A stretch of 64,000 nucleotides of DNA from Chrysomallon squamiferum (Eukaryota; Animalia; Mollusca), in the NCBI GenBank assembly GCA_012295275.1, contig CM022672.1:29574001-29638000 (forward strand), written 5' to 3'. A model generated the notes under the pieces. That model was given only the letters and a program-made list of their open reading frames with translations. It did not search any database and had not been told where the DNA came from. Position numbers and translations under genes: made by a program. Positions 1 to 13,623 of this stretch are shown here, piece by piece (the stretch's first letter is position 1; every line of letters starts with the position of its first letter).

Positions 1-3000
1 TATATATTATAATGAACTATTCTTATTTTATATGATCAAACTTTGAACTAGATAACAATATATATTTATTCTCTGGCATCTTTATTTAATACGACAACCT
101 TTTGTTCAATATAACCTTATATATTTAACCACCAGTATGATTATTTAGCCTGATAAACTTTTGTACAGTATAACAATATATATTTATTTTACTTTATCAT
201 TATTTAACACGATAAGTCGGTCTGGAAAATAACAATATATTTTTTGTTCCAGTATGGTTATTCACCCTTCTGAACCTTTATACATTATAACAATTTAGGT
301 TTATGTTACACTATGCTTATTTAACAGCATGAGTCCTTCTGTGTTCCAGTATCGTTATTTAAATTGATGTCTTTCTACAATATAACAATATAAAATGTGA
401 TACTTCAGTATGGTTTAACACGATAAATCTTGGTAGAATATAACAGTATATATTATAATGAACTATTCTTATTTTATATGATCAAACTTTGAACTAGATA
501 ACAATATATGTTTATTCTCTGGTATCTTTATTTAATACGACAATCTTTTGTTCAATATAACCTTATATATTTAACCACCAGTATGATTATTTAGCCTGAT
601 AAACTTTTGTACAGTATAACAATATATATTTATTTTACTTTATCATTATTTAACACGATAAGTCTTTCTGGAAAATAACAATATATTTTTTGTTCCAGTA
701 TGGTTATTCACCCTTCTGAACCTTTATACATTATAACAATTTAGGTTTATGTTACACTATGCTTATTTAACAGCATGAGTCCTTCTGTGTTCCAGTATCG
801 TTATTTAAATTGATGTCTTTCTACAATATAACAATATAAAATATGATACCTTCAGTATGATTTAACACGATAAATCTTGGTAACATATAACAGTATATAT
901 TATAATGAACTATTCTTATTTTATATGATCAAACTTTGAACTAGATAACAATATATGTTTATTCTCTGGTATCTTTATTTAATACGACAATCTTTTGTTC
1001 AATATAACCTTATATATGTAACCACCAGTATGATTATTTAGCCTGATAAACCTTTGTACAGTATAACAATATATATTTATTTTACTTTATCATTATTTAA
1101 CACGATAAGTCGGTCTGGAAAATAACAATATATTTTTTGTTCCAGTATGGTTATTCACCCTTCTGAACCTTTATACATTATAACAATTTAGGTTTATGTT
1201 ACACTATGCTTATTTAACAGCATGAGTCCTTCTGTGTTCCAGTATCGTTATTTAAATTGATGTCTTTCTACAATATAACAATATAAAATGTGATACTTCA
1301 GTATGGTTTAACACGATAAATCTTGGTAGAATATAACAGTATATATTATAATGAACTATTCTTATTTTATATGATCAAACTTTGAAGTAGATAACAATAT
1401 GTGTTTATTCTCTGGTATCTTTATTTAATACGACAATCTTTTGTTCAATATAACCTTATATATTTAACCACCAGTATGATTATTTATCCTGATAAACTTT
1501 TGTACAGTATAACAATATATATTTATTTTACTTTATCATTATTTAACACGATAAGTCTTTCTTTTTTGAAAATAACAATATATTTTTTTTCCAGTATGGT
1601 TATTCACCTTTCTGAACCTTTATACAATATAACAATTTAGGTTTTTGTTACACTATGCTTATTTAACAGCATGAGTCCTTCTGTGTTCCAGTATCGTTAT
1701 TTAAATTGATGTCTTTCTACAATATAACAATATAAAATATGATACTTCAGTATGATTTAACACGATAAATCTTGGTAACATATAACAGTATATATTATAA
1801 TGAACTATTCTTATTTTATATGATCAAACCTTCAACTAGATAACAATATATATTTATTCTCTGGCATCTTTATTTAATACGACAACCTTTTGTTCAATAT
1901 AACCTTATATATTTAACCACCAGTATGATTATTTAGCCTGATAAACCTTTTGTACAGTATAACAATATATATTTATTTTACTTTATCATTATTTAACACG
2001 ATAAGTCGGTCTGGAAAATAACAATATATTTTTTGTTCCAGTATGGTTATTCACCCTTCTGAACCTTTATACATTATAACAATTTAGGTTTATGTTACAC
2101 TATGCTTATTTAACAGCATGAGTCCTTCTGTGTTCCAGTATCGTTATTTAAATTGATGTCTTTCTACAATATAACAATATAAAATGTGATACTTCAGTAT
2201 GGTTTAACACGATAAATCTTGGTAGAATATAACAGTATATATTATAATGAACTATTCTTATTTTATATGATCAAACTTTGAACTAGATAACAATATATAT
2301 TTATTCTCTGACATCTTTATTTAATAGGACAATCTTTTGTTCAATATAACCTTATATATTTAACCACCAGTATGATTATTTATCCTGATAGACTTTTGTA
2401 CAGTATAACAATATATATTTATTTTACTTTATCATTATTTAACACGATAAGTCTTTTTACGAAATAACAATATATTTTTTGTTCCAGTATGGTTATTCAC
2501 CTTTCTGAACCTTTATACAATATAACAATTTAGGTTTATGTTACACTATGCTTATTTAACAGCATGAGTCCTTCTGTGTTCCAGTATCGTTATTTAAATT
2601 GATGTCTTTCTACAATATAACAATATAAAATATGATACTTCAGTATGATTTAACACGATAAATCTTGGTAACATATAACAGTATATATTATAATGAACTA
2701 TTCTTATTTTACATGATCAAACCTTCAACTAGATAACAATATATATTTATTCTCTGGCATCTTTATTTAATACGACAACCTTTTGTTCAATATAACCTTA
2801 TATATTTAACCACCAGTATGATTATTTAGCCTGATAAACCTTTGTACAGTATAACAATATATATTTATTTTACTTTATCATTATTTAACACGATAAGTCG
2901 GTCTGGAAAATAACAATATATTTTTTGTTCCAGTATGGTTATTCACCCTTCTGAACCTTTATACATTATAACAATTTAGGTTTATGTTACACTATGCTTA

Positions 3001-6000
3001 TTTAACAGCATGAGTCCTTCTGTGTTCCAGTATCGTTATTTAAATTGATGTCTTTCTACAATATAACAATATAAAATATGATACTTCAGTATGGTTTAAC
3101 ACGATAAATCTTGGTAGAATATAACAGTATATATTATAATGAACTATTCTTATTTTATATGATCAAACTTTGAACTAGATAACAATATATATTTATTCTC
3201 TAACATCTTTATTTAATAGGACAATCTTTTGTTCAATATAACCTTATATATTTAACCACCAGTATGATTATTTATCCTGATAGACTTTTGTACAGTATAA
3301 CAATATATATTTATTTTACTTTATCATTATTTAACACGATAAGTAAGTTTTTTACGAAATAACAATATATTTTTTGTTCCAGTATGGTTATTCACCTTTC
3401 TGAACCTTTATACAATATAACAATTTACGTTTTTGTTACACTATGCTTATTTAACAGCATGAGTCCTTCTGTGTTCCAGTATCGTTATTTAAATTGATGT
3501 CTTTCTACAATATAACAATATAAAATATGATACTTCAGTATGATTTAACACGATAAATCTTGGTAACATATAACAGTATATATTATAATGAACTATTCTT
3601 ATAATGAACTATTCTTATTTTATATGATCAAACCTTCAACTAGATAACAATATATATTTATTCTCTGGCATCTTTATTTAATACGACAACCTTTTGTTCA
3701 ATATAACCTTATATATTTAACCACCAGTATGATTATTTAGCCTGATAAACCTTTGTACAGTATAACAATATATATTTATTTTACTTTATCATTATTTAAC
3801 ACGATAAGTCGGTCTGGAAAATAACAATATATTTTTTGTTCCAGTATGGTTAGTTACCCTTCTGAACCTTTATACATTATAACAATTTAGGTTTATGTTA
3901 CACTATGCTTATTTAACAGCATGAGTCCTTCTGTGTTCCAGTATCGTTATTTAAATTGATGTCTTTCTACAATATAACAATATAAAATGTGATACTTCAG
4001 TATGGTTTAACACGATAAATCTTGGTAGAATATAACAGTATATATTATAATGAACTATTCTTATTTTATATGATCAAACTTTGAACTAGATAACAATATA
4101 TATTTATTCTCTGACATCTTTATTTAATAGGACAATCTTTTGTTCAATATAACCTTATATATTTAACCACCAGTATGATTATTTATCCTGATAGACTTTT
4201 GTACAGTATAACAATATATATTTATTTTATTTACTTTATCATTATTTAACACGATAAGTCTTTTTACGAAATAACAATATATTTTTTTTTGTTCCAGTAT
4301 GGTTATTCACCTTTCTGAACCTTTATACAATATAACAATTTTTAGGTTTTGTTACACTATGCTTATTTAACAGCATGAGTCCTTCTGTGTTCCAGTATCG
4401 TTATTTAAATTGATGTCTTTCTACAATATAACAATATAAAATATGATACTTCAGTATGATTTAACACGATAAATCTTGGTAACATATAACAGTATATATT
4501 ATAATGAACTATTCTTATTTTACATGATCAAACCTTCAACTAGATAACAATATATATTTATTCTCTGGCATCTTTATTTAATACGACAACCTTTTGTTCA
4601 ATATAACCTTATATATTTAACCACCAGTATGATTATTTAGCCTGATAAACCTTTTGTACAGTATAACAATATATATTTATTTTACTTTATCATTATTTAA
4701 CACGATAAGTCGGTTTGGAAAAATAACAATATATTTTTTGTTCCAGTATGGTTATTTACCCTTCTGAACCTTTATACATTATAACAATTTAGGTTTATGT
4801 TACACTATGCTTATTTAACAGCATGAGTCCTTCTGTGTTCCAGTATCGTTATTTAAATTGATGTCTTTCTACAATATAACAATATAAAATATGATACTTC
4901 AGTATGGTTTAACACGATAAATCTTGGTAGAATATAACAGTATATATTATAATGAACTATTCTTATTTTATATGATCAAACTTTGAACTAGATAACAATA
5001 TATATTTATTCTCTGGTATCTTTATTTAATACTTTATATGATCAAACAATATATATTTTTTTCAATATAACCAATTTTTGTTCAATATAACCTTATATAT
5101 AAACCACCAGTATGATTATTATGATTATTTAGCCTGATAAACTTTTAAACAGTACAATATAACAATATATATTTATTTTACTTTATCATTATTTTATTTA
5201 ACACGATAAGTCGGTTTGGAAAATAACAATATATTTTTTGTTCCAGTATGGTTATTCACCTTTCTGAACCTTTATACATTATAACAATTTAGGTTTATGT
5301 TACACTATGCTTATTTAACAGCATGAGTCCTTCTGTGTTCCAGTATCGTTATTTAAATTGATGTCTTTCTACAATATAACAATATAAAATGTGATACTTC
5401 AGTATGGTTTAACACGATAAATCTTGGTAGAATATAACAGTATATATTATAATGAACTATTCTTATTTTACATGATCAAACCTTGAACTAGATAACAATA
5501 TATATTTATTCTCTGGCATCTTTATTTAATACGACAACCTTTTGTTCAATATAACCTTATATATTTAACCACCAGTATGATTATTTATCCTGATAGACTT
5601 TTGTACAGTATAACAATATATATTTATTTTACTTTATCATTATTTAACACGATAAGTCTTTTTACGAAATAACAATATATTTTTTGTTCCAGTATGGTTA
5701 TTCACCTTTCTGAACCTTTATACAATATAACAATTTACGTTTTGTTACACTATGCTTATTTAACAGCATGAGTCCTTCTGTGTTCCAGTATCGTTATTTA
5801 AATTGATGTCTTTCTACAATATAACAATATAAAATATGATACTTCAGTATGATTTAACACGATAAATCTTGGTAACATATAACAGTATATATTATAATGA
5901 ACTATTCTTATTTTACATGATCAAACCTTCAACTAGATAACAATATATATTTATTCTCTGGCATCTTTATTTAATACTACAACCTTTTGTTCAATATAAC

Positions 6001-9000
6001 CTTATATATTTAACCACCAGTATGATTATTTAGCCTGATAAACCTTTGTACAGTATAACAATATATATTTATTTTACTTTATCATTATTTAACACGATAA
6101 GTCGGTCTGGAAAATAACAATATATTTTTTGTTCCAGTATGGTTATTTACCCTTCTGAACCTTTATACATTATAACAATTTAGGTTTATGTTACACTATG
6201 CTTATTTAACAGCATGAGTCCTTCTGTGTTCCAGTATCGTTATTTAAATTGATGTCTTTCTACAATATAACAATATAAAATGTGATACTTCAGTATGGTT
6301 TAACACGATAAATCTTGGTAGAATATAACAGTATATATTATAATGAACTATTCTTATTTTATATGATCAAACTTTGAACTAGATAACAATATATATTTAT
6401 TCTCTAACATCTTTATTTAATAGGACAATCTTTTGTTCAATATAACCTTATATATTTAACCACCAGTATGATTATTTATCCTGATAGACTTTTGTACAGT
6501 ATAACAATATATATTTATTTTACTTTATCATTATTTAACACGATAAGTGTTTTTACGAAATAACAATATATTTTTTGTTCCAGTATGGTTTTTCACCTTT
6601 CTGAACCTTTATACAATATAACAATTTACGTTTTTGTTACACTATGCTTATTTAACAGCATGAGTCCTTCTGTGTTCCAGTATCGTTATTTAAATTGATG
6701 TCTTTCTACAATATAACAATATAAAATATGATACTTCAGTATGATTTAACACGATAAATCTTGGTAACATATAACAGTATATATTATAATGAACTATTCT
6801 TATTTTACATGATCAAACCTTCAACTAGATAACAATATATATTTATTCTCTGGCATCTTTATTTAATACTACAACCTTTTGTTCAATATAACCTTATATA
6901 TTTAACCACCAGTATGATTATTTAGCCTGATAAACCTTTGTACAGTATAACAATATATATTTATTTTACTTTATCATTATTTAACACGATAAGTCGGTCT
7001 GGAAAATAACAATATATTTTTTGTTCCAGTATGGTTAGTTACCCTTCTGAACCTTTATACATTATAACAATTTAGGTTTATGTTACACTATGCTTATTTA
7101 ACAGCATGAGTCCTTCTGTGTTCCAGTATCGTTATTTAAATTGATGTCTTTCTACAATATAACAATATAAAATGTGATACTTCAGTATGGTTTAACACGA
7201 TAAACCTTGGTAGAATATAACAGTATATATTATAATGAACTATTCTTATTTTATATGATCAAACTTTGAACTAGATAACAATATATATTTATTCTCTAAC
7301 ATCTTTATTTAATAGGACAATCTTTTGTTCAATATAACCTTATATATTTAACCACCAGTATGATTATTTATCCTGATAGACTTTTGTACAGTATAACAAT
7401 ATATATTTATTTTACTTTATCATTATTTAACACGATAAGTGTTTTTACGAAATAACAATATATTTTTTGTTCCAGTATGGTTTTTCACCTTTCTGAACCT
7501 TTATACAATATAACAATTTACGTTTTTGTTACACTATGCTTATTTAACAGCATGAGTCCTTCTGTGTTCCAGTATCGTTATTTAAATTGATGTCTTTCTA
7601 CAATATAACAATATAAAATATGATACTTCAGTATGATTTAACACGATAAATCTTGGTAACATATAACAGTATATATTATAATGAACTATTCTTATTTTAT
7701 ATGATCAAACCTTCAACTAGATAACAATATATATTTATTCTCTGGCATCTTTATTTAATACTACAACCTTTTGTTCAATATAACCTTATATATTTAACCA
7801 CCAGTATGATTATTTAGCCTGATAAACCTTTGTACAGTATAACAATATATATTTATTTTACTTTATCATTATTTAACACGATAAGTCGGTCTGGAAAATA
7901 ACAATATATTTTTTGTTCCAGTATGGTTATTTACCCTTCTGAACCTTTATACATTATAACAATTTAGGTTTATGTTACACTATGCTTATTTAACAGCATG
8001 AGTCCTTCTGTGTTCCAGTATCGTTATTTAAATTGATGTCTTTCTACAATATAACAATATAAAATATGATACTTCAGTATGGTTTAACACGATAAACCTT
8101 GGTAGAATATAACAGTATATATTATAATGAACTATTCTTATTTTATATGATCAAACTTTGAACTAGATAACAATATATATTTATTCTCTAACATCTTTAT
8201 TTAATAGGACAATCTTTTGTTCAATATAACCTTATATATTTAACCACCAGTATGATTATTTATCCTGATAGACTTTTGTACAGTATAACAATATATATTT
8301 ATTTTACTTTATCATTATTTAACACGATAAGTGTTTTTACGAAATAACAATATATTTTTTGTTCCAGTATGGTTTTTCACCTTTCTGAACCTTTATACAA
8401 TATAACAATTTACGTTTTTGTTACACTATGCTTATTTAACAGCATGAGTCCTTCTGTGTTCCAGTATCGTTATTTAAATTGATGTCTTTCTACAATATAA
8501 CAATATAAAATATGATACTTCAGTATGATTTAACACGATAAATCTTGGTAACATATAACAGTATATATTATAATGAACTATTCTTATTTTACATGATCAA
8601 ACCTTCAACTAGATAACAATATATATTTATTCTCTGGCATCTTTATTTAATACTACAACCTTTTGTTCAATATAACCTTATATATTTAACCACCAGTATG
8701 ATTATTTAGCCTGATAAACCTTTGTACAGTATAACAATATATATTTATTTTACTTTATCATTATTTAACACGATAAGTCGGTCTGGAAAATAACAATATA
8801 TTTTTTGTTCCAGTATGGTTAGTTACCCTTCTGAACCTTTATACATTATAACAATTTAGGTTTATGTTACACTATGCTTATTTAACAGCATGAGTCCTTC
8901 TGTGTTCCAGTATCGTTATTTAAATTGATGTCTTTCTACAATATAACAATATAAAATGTGATACTTCAGTATGGTTTAACACGATAAACCTTGGTAGAAT

Positions 9001-9945
9001 ATAACAGTATATATTATAATGAACTATTCTTATTTTATATGATCAAACTTTGAACTAGATAACAATATATATTTATTCTCTAACATCTTTATTTAATAGG
9101 ACAATCTTTTGTTCAATATAACCTTATATATTTAACCACCAGTATGATTATTTATCCTGATAGACTTTTGTACAGTATAACAATATATATTTATTTTACT
9201 TTATCATTATTTAACACGATAAGTGTTTTTACGAAATAACAATATATTTTTTGTTCCAGTATGGTTTTTCACCTTTCTGAACCTTTATACAATATAACAA
9301 TTTACGTTTTTGTTACACTATGCTTATTTAACAGCATGAGTCCTTCTGTGTTCCAGTATCGTTATTTAAATTGATGTCTTTCTACAATATAACAATATAA
9401 AATATGATACTTCAGTATGATTTAACACGATAAATCTTGGTAACATATAACAGTATATATTATAATGAACTATTCTTATTTTACATGATCAAACCTTCAA
9501 CTAGATAACAATATATATTTATTCTCTGGCATCTTTATTTAATACTACAACCTTTTGTTCAATATAACCTTATATATTTAACCACCAGTATGATTATTTA
9601 GCCTGATAAACCTTTGTACAGTATAACAATATATATTTATTTTACTTTATCATTATTTAACACGATAAGTCGGTCTGGAAAATAACAATATATTTTTTGT
9701 TCCAGTATGGTTAGTTACCCTTCTGAACCTTTATACATTATAACAATTTAGGTTTATGTTACACTATGCTTATTTAACAGCATGAGTCCTTCTGTGTTCC
9801 AGTATCGTTATTTAAATTGATGTCTTTCTACAATATAACAATATAAAATATGATACTTCAGTATGGTTTAACACGATAAACCTTGGTAGAATATAACAGT
9901 ATATATTATAATGAACTATTCTTATTTTATATGATCAAACTTTGA
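1..9945. repeat. 446-bp tandem satellite DNA (~22 copies), an 8-mer higher-order repeat of a ~59-bp monomer with alternating A/B variants (892-bp period)
   Basis: The marker CATGAGTCCTTCTGTG recurs at 328, 774, 1221 ... 8889, 9335, 9781 (period 446). Eight TTTAACACGAT-like monomer positions occur per unit. Diagnostic variants alternate (AAGTCGGTCTGGAAAA vs AAGTGTTTTTACGAAA; CCTTCAACTAG vs CTTTGAACTAG). The array runs off the window start and into the gap. Confidence 0.97.
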
Positions 9946-10145
9946 NNNNNNNNNNNNNNNNNNNNNNNNNNNNNNNNNNNNNNNNNNNNNNNNNNNNNNN
10001 NNNNNNNNNNNNNNNNNNNNNNNNNNNNNNNNNNNNNNNNNNNNNNNNNNNNNNNNNNNNNNNNNNNNNNNNNNNNNNNNNNNNNNNNNNNNNNNNNNNN
10101 NNNNNNNNNNNNNNNNNNNNNNNNNNNNNNNNNNNNNNNNNNNNN
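9946..10145. other. Assembly gap (200 N)
   Basis: Run of exactly 200 N between two tandem arrays, consistent with a scaffolding placeholder. Confidence 0.99.
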
Positions 10146-10803
10146 AAGGTTATTGCTGGTGCAGAGGTGAGATTCAAACGATATCTAAAAATGGTTTCCA
10201 CAAACTCACTCCAGTACAGCATGCTTGATATATCGCTAAACGATTCAGTCGTAGGAACGGTACTCGGTCGTTAAGTGTGAAGTGTCTCCAAAGTAGAAAT
10301 AAACGAATGAAACAAAGCGGAAGCTAACTCCGTAATGTGTGCAAAACGCACAGAAGATCATATCCGTTAAAGCAACAATTTGTTCAGTTTGATTTCGTTT
10401 TCAGGTTTTATGGTTGACAGTGTTTTCTCTGAGGCCCGTGATACACGTGCATTGTCGGTCATTCCAGAAACGTTTGCTATCTAATTGCGGAAAGTCGACA
10501 AAAATTAAACTGTTGACATGAGATTTGACGTCACAGTTAAAGCTATCAGTCTGGAAGTTGGGCGAGTTTACACGAACAATACAAGGTAATCTACAGAGTT
10601 GATGGTAAAGGGAAAAACGTAGGCTTTCTTTTCCATTTATCGTTGACGAAGTTATTTGGAGCGATTCTCTAAACTGAAGGCAGCTAAAATTTCATGTTAC
10701 AGCAGTATTGCATTGTTAATATCTAAGTGAATGAGAGAAAGACGTTTTGCAGTACGGGCATTTTGAGAGGTTTTTAAGAAACTGTTTTTTTGTTTTGAAT
10801 TTT

Positions 10804-10967
10804 CAGGGGTTAGCGCGAACGCAGACCCCACACTAAAAAATTACGTACTCGAGTCGCCCGCATTTGGGGCGATCGCACGGGTCAGCCCAACCGGAGTGCA
10901 ATGGAAAGGCCTCGCCCTGGGGGGACCACCTTGCGGATCATGGTAACCTCCCGTACCAGGTAAGTAT
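10804..10967 (-). ncRNA. U1: U1 spliceosomal snRNA (copy 1)
   Basis: Minus strand begins ATACTTACCTGG, has the SL-II loop ATTGCACTCC, the Sm site AATTTTTTAG and the 3' stem GCGTTCGCGC...CCCCTG. Length 164 nt, one G shorter than copies 2 and 3. Confidence 0.97.
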
Positions 10968-10989
10968 GCTTGAACTTGGGTGAAAACCT

Positions 10990-11028
10990 CTTTTATAGAA
11001 ACGCCTTCGTTACTTCGCACAGGCATGA
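10990..11028 (-). promoter_or_regulatory. U1 promoter: PSE-like element (-61..-45) and TATA box (-30..-23); repeated in each unit
   Basis: TCATGCCTGTGCGAAGT at 11028-11012 matches the U2 upstream element at the same distance from the start (44 nt between element and +1). TATAAAAG lies at 10997-10990. Confidence 0.7.
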
Positions 11029-11637
11029 CGTTTATGAACAATCACCTAGAATAAATTCCAAATGTTTTCGGCGAGTCATTTGAAACAAGTGTTGGGTGAC
11101 TCTCTTAAATTGCTATTTAATGGTCGTTAAAACGCGTTGCCTGTTTCTCTCAGTTGCACCTGGTAATCAACAAAATTACTAATCGGGCTCAAACTTTTAT
11201 GTTTGTCAGTGACTGACCAGAGGCTAACGAACGAGTTATAACACAATGGCCCATTATGTATTTCTTTCACAGTGACTTTTGCGAGACGTTAATAAAAACT
11301 GTCTTAATTTTGTCCTTGTAGCTAATTCTTCGCTTGGGTTACAAATGAACAGCAAGGGCTCGAACGCTCGCTGCACTGACCGAGAAGCTAAGCTTTTCTA
11401 ACTACAGAAGTTATTTTCAGCATGCAGCGAACGAAAAATCGTCAGAGCTACGTTTCATAGATCGGAAGAATGCAACGCGTGCACATTTATGTTAAGTTCA
11501 CGCACAGTTCTGTTTAAATATTATTCAAATGACACAGTCCAAGGCACCAGAAACAAGCATTATTAAACCTTTAAATTCTGTCATAAATTCCTATCTTCAT
11601 TATACAGTTACTTATCTTTCTAAATAATTTCAAAATG

Positions 11638-11676
11638 ACACACCAGTGTGAAATTGCTTTCTTAAATATTTATATG
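11638..11676 (+). promoter_or_regulatory. U2 promoter: PSE-like element (-61..-45) and TATA-like box (-30..-23); repeated in each unit
   Basis: ACACACCAGTGTGAAAT at 11638-11654 shares the consensus CAYRCCWGTGYGAART with the U1 element. TTTATATG sits at the same offset as the U1 TATAAAAG. Confidence 0.68.
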
Positions 11677-11698
11677 ATCTGCTTAACAAGTGTATATT

Positions 11699-11891
11699 AT
11701 CGCTTCTCGGCCTTTTGGCTAAGATCAAAGTGTAGTATCTGTTCTTATCAGCTTAATATCTGATACGTCCTCCATTGGGGGACATCGATATTAAACTGAT
11801 TTTTGGAACTAGGCGAAGTGTCAGGGGCTTGCTCCGCCTTTGCCACGGGTTGGGTTGACCCGGTATTGCAGTACCTCCGGGAATGGCCCAC
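11699..11891 (+). ncRNA. U2: U2 spliceosomal snRNA (copy 1, carries a 5-nt GGGTT duplication)
   Basis: Begins ATCGCTTCTCGGCCTTTTGGCTAAGATCAAAGTGTAGTATCTGTTC (branch-point pairing GTAGTA), has Sm site GATTTTTGG and SL-IV loop ATTGCAGTAC. The 3' end is placed by analogy with known U2 genes. Confidence 0.96.
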
Positions 11892-11904
11892 TCCCTTTTT
11901 GGGA

Positions 11905-11932
11905 AAAAAATTCAAAGCAAAAATAGTTTCTT
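11905..11932 (+). terminator. snRNA 3'-box-like element shared by U2 and U1
   Basis: U2 downstream AAAATTCAAAGCAAAAATAGTTTCTT; U1 downstream (minus strand, ~10803-10776) AAAATTCAAAACAAAAAAACAGTTTCTT. The flanks are otherwise unrelated. Confidence 0.65.
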
Positions 11933-13458
11933 GTTTTTTTGTGTTTTTTTTTTTTTCGTGTGTTCATTTATTTATTTCAGTCCTGTTTTCTTCATTTTAT
12001 CAAATGTCGATTTGTATTACACAACCTCACTAACTGTGTCAGTATAATATATTAAATGGTAACATCACCTAAAAAAGTAACAAAATAACCAAAGAATGAA
12101 ATGAAATAAAACGAAATAAAATAAAATAACACGGAAACAGCGCAAATGACCTTATCGAACTGACTCATCAGTAATTAACAGGATAATGGGTAACGAGTAC
12201 TCAGTACAGTTACTCCGTTTGACGTAAAGGCAGGTTACGCACAACGAACGACACATTTCTGTAACTGACTTTAATCAATAGTTTTGTCTACTGTTTCAAA
12301 TAGTTCTAAAACAGAAGATAACACAAAACAATCGTAAAATAGAGAAAGAAACACATCATTTCGTTTACTGCTCCTCTAATGCGAGCCGAAGCGTAGTGCA
12401 GTTGCCTACGATAATGGTAATTTGGCTGCTGAAAAGCCGATTGGCTAGTATTGTACAAAAATCGACGGTCACTGTAAAGAGTGTCGCTGGAATGAACTCG
12501 GTGGAATCCTTTACGGAAATTTTCTTCCGGAGCTATTCTCTTATGCTTACGTGAGCTTAATGTTTCTCTCGTGCATTTTTGTTTTCTCTTTCATTCGAAT
12601 TCGAAAACTGTCTTCTACGGCCACAACTGTTGCAAATTACAGAAAACAAATAGAACAAACTATTGATAACAGATTTGAAACGATTGCATGCAATAAACAG
12701 AATCCAAGCCTAAGTAAAGTGTATCAGAATAGATTTCATCTATTCCGGTATATTGCAGTAAGCAGCACACTACTATCATGAACATTTTATAATCCACTGA
12801 AAAGGTTATTGCTGGTGCAGAGGTGAGATTCAAACGATATCTAAAAATGGTTTCCACAAACTCACTCCAGTACAGCATGCTTGATATATCGCTAAACGAT
12901 TCAGTCGTAGGAACGGTACTCGGTCGTTAAGTGTGAAGTGTCTCCAAAGTAGAAATAAACGAATGAAACAAAGCGGAAGCTAACTCCGTAATGTGTGCAA
13001 AACGCACAGAAGATCATATCCGTTAAAGCAACAATTTGTTCAGTTTGATTTCGTTTTCAGGTTTTATGGTTGACAGTGTTTTCTCTGAGGCCCGTGATAC
13101 ACGTGCATTGTCGGTCATTCCAGAAACGTTTGCTATCTAATTGCGGAAAGTCGACAAAAATTAAACTGTTGACATGAGATTTGACGTCACAGTTAAAGCT
13201 ATCAGTCTGGAAGTTGGGCGAGTTTACACGAACGATACAAGGTAATCTACAGAGTTGATGGTAAAGGCAAAACGTAGGCTTTCTTTTCCATTTATCGTTG
13301 ACGAAGTTATTTGGAGCGATTCTCTAAACTGAAGGCAGCTAAAATTTCATGTTACAGCAGTATTGCATTGTTAATATCTAAGTGAATGAGAGAAAGACGT
13401 TTTGCAGTACGGGCATTTTGAGAGGTTTTTAAGAAACTGTTTTTTTGTTTTGAATTTT

Positions 13459-13623
13459 CAGGGGTTAGCGCGAACGCAGACCCCCACACTAAAAAATTAC
13501 GTACTCGAGTCGCCCGCATTTGGGGCGATCGCACGGGTCAGCCCAACCGGAGTGCAATGGAAAGGCCTCGCCCTGGGGGGACCACCTTGCGGATCATGGT
13601 AACCTCCCGTACCAGGTAAGTAT
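13459..13623 (-). ncRNA. U1: U1 spliceosomal snRNA (copy 2)
   Basis: Same motifs as copy 1; 165 nt. Confidence 0.97.

Noticed and set aside
1-9945. CRISPR-like array suggested by regular short repeats (also 23.8-29.6 kb)
   Set aside because: No unique spacers, since the whole unit repeats; no cas genes; eukaryotic context.
9900-10200. Direct physical adjacency of the satellite and the snRNA array
   Set aside because: The junction is a 200-N placeholder, so true distance and orientation are unknown.
9935-10274. ORFs spanning the N run
   Set aside because: Artefacts of translating the gap.
12614-12640. CTACGGCCA...GTTG resembling the 5' end of 5S rRNA in the spacer
   Set aside because: Similarity ends after ~20 nt; no box A/C internal promoter and no 3' half, so no 5S gene is supported.
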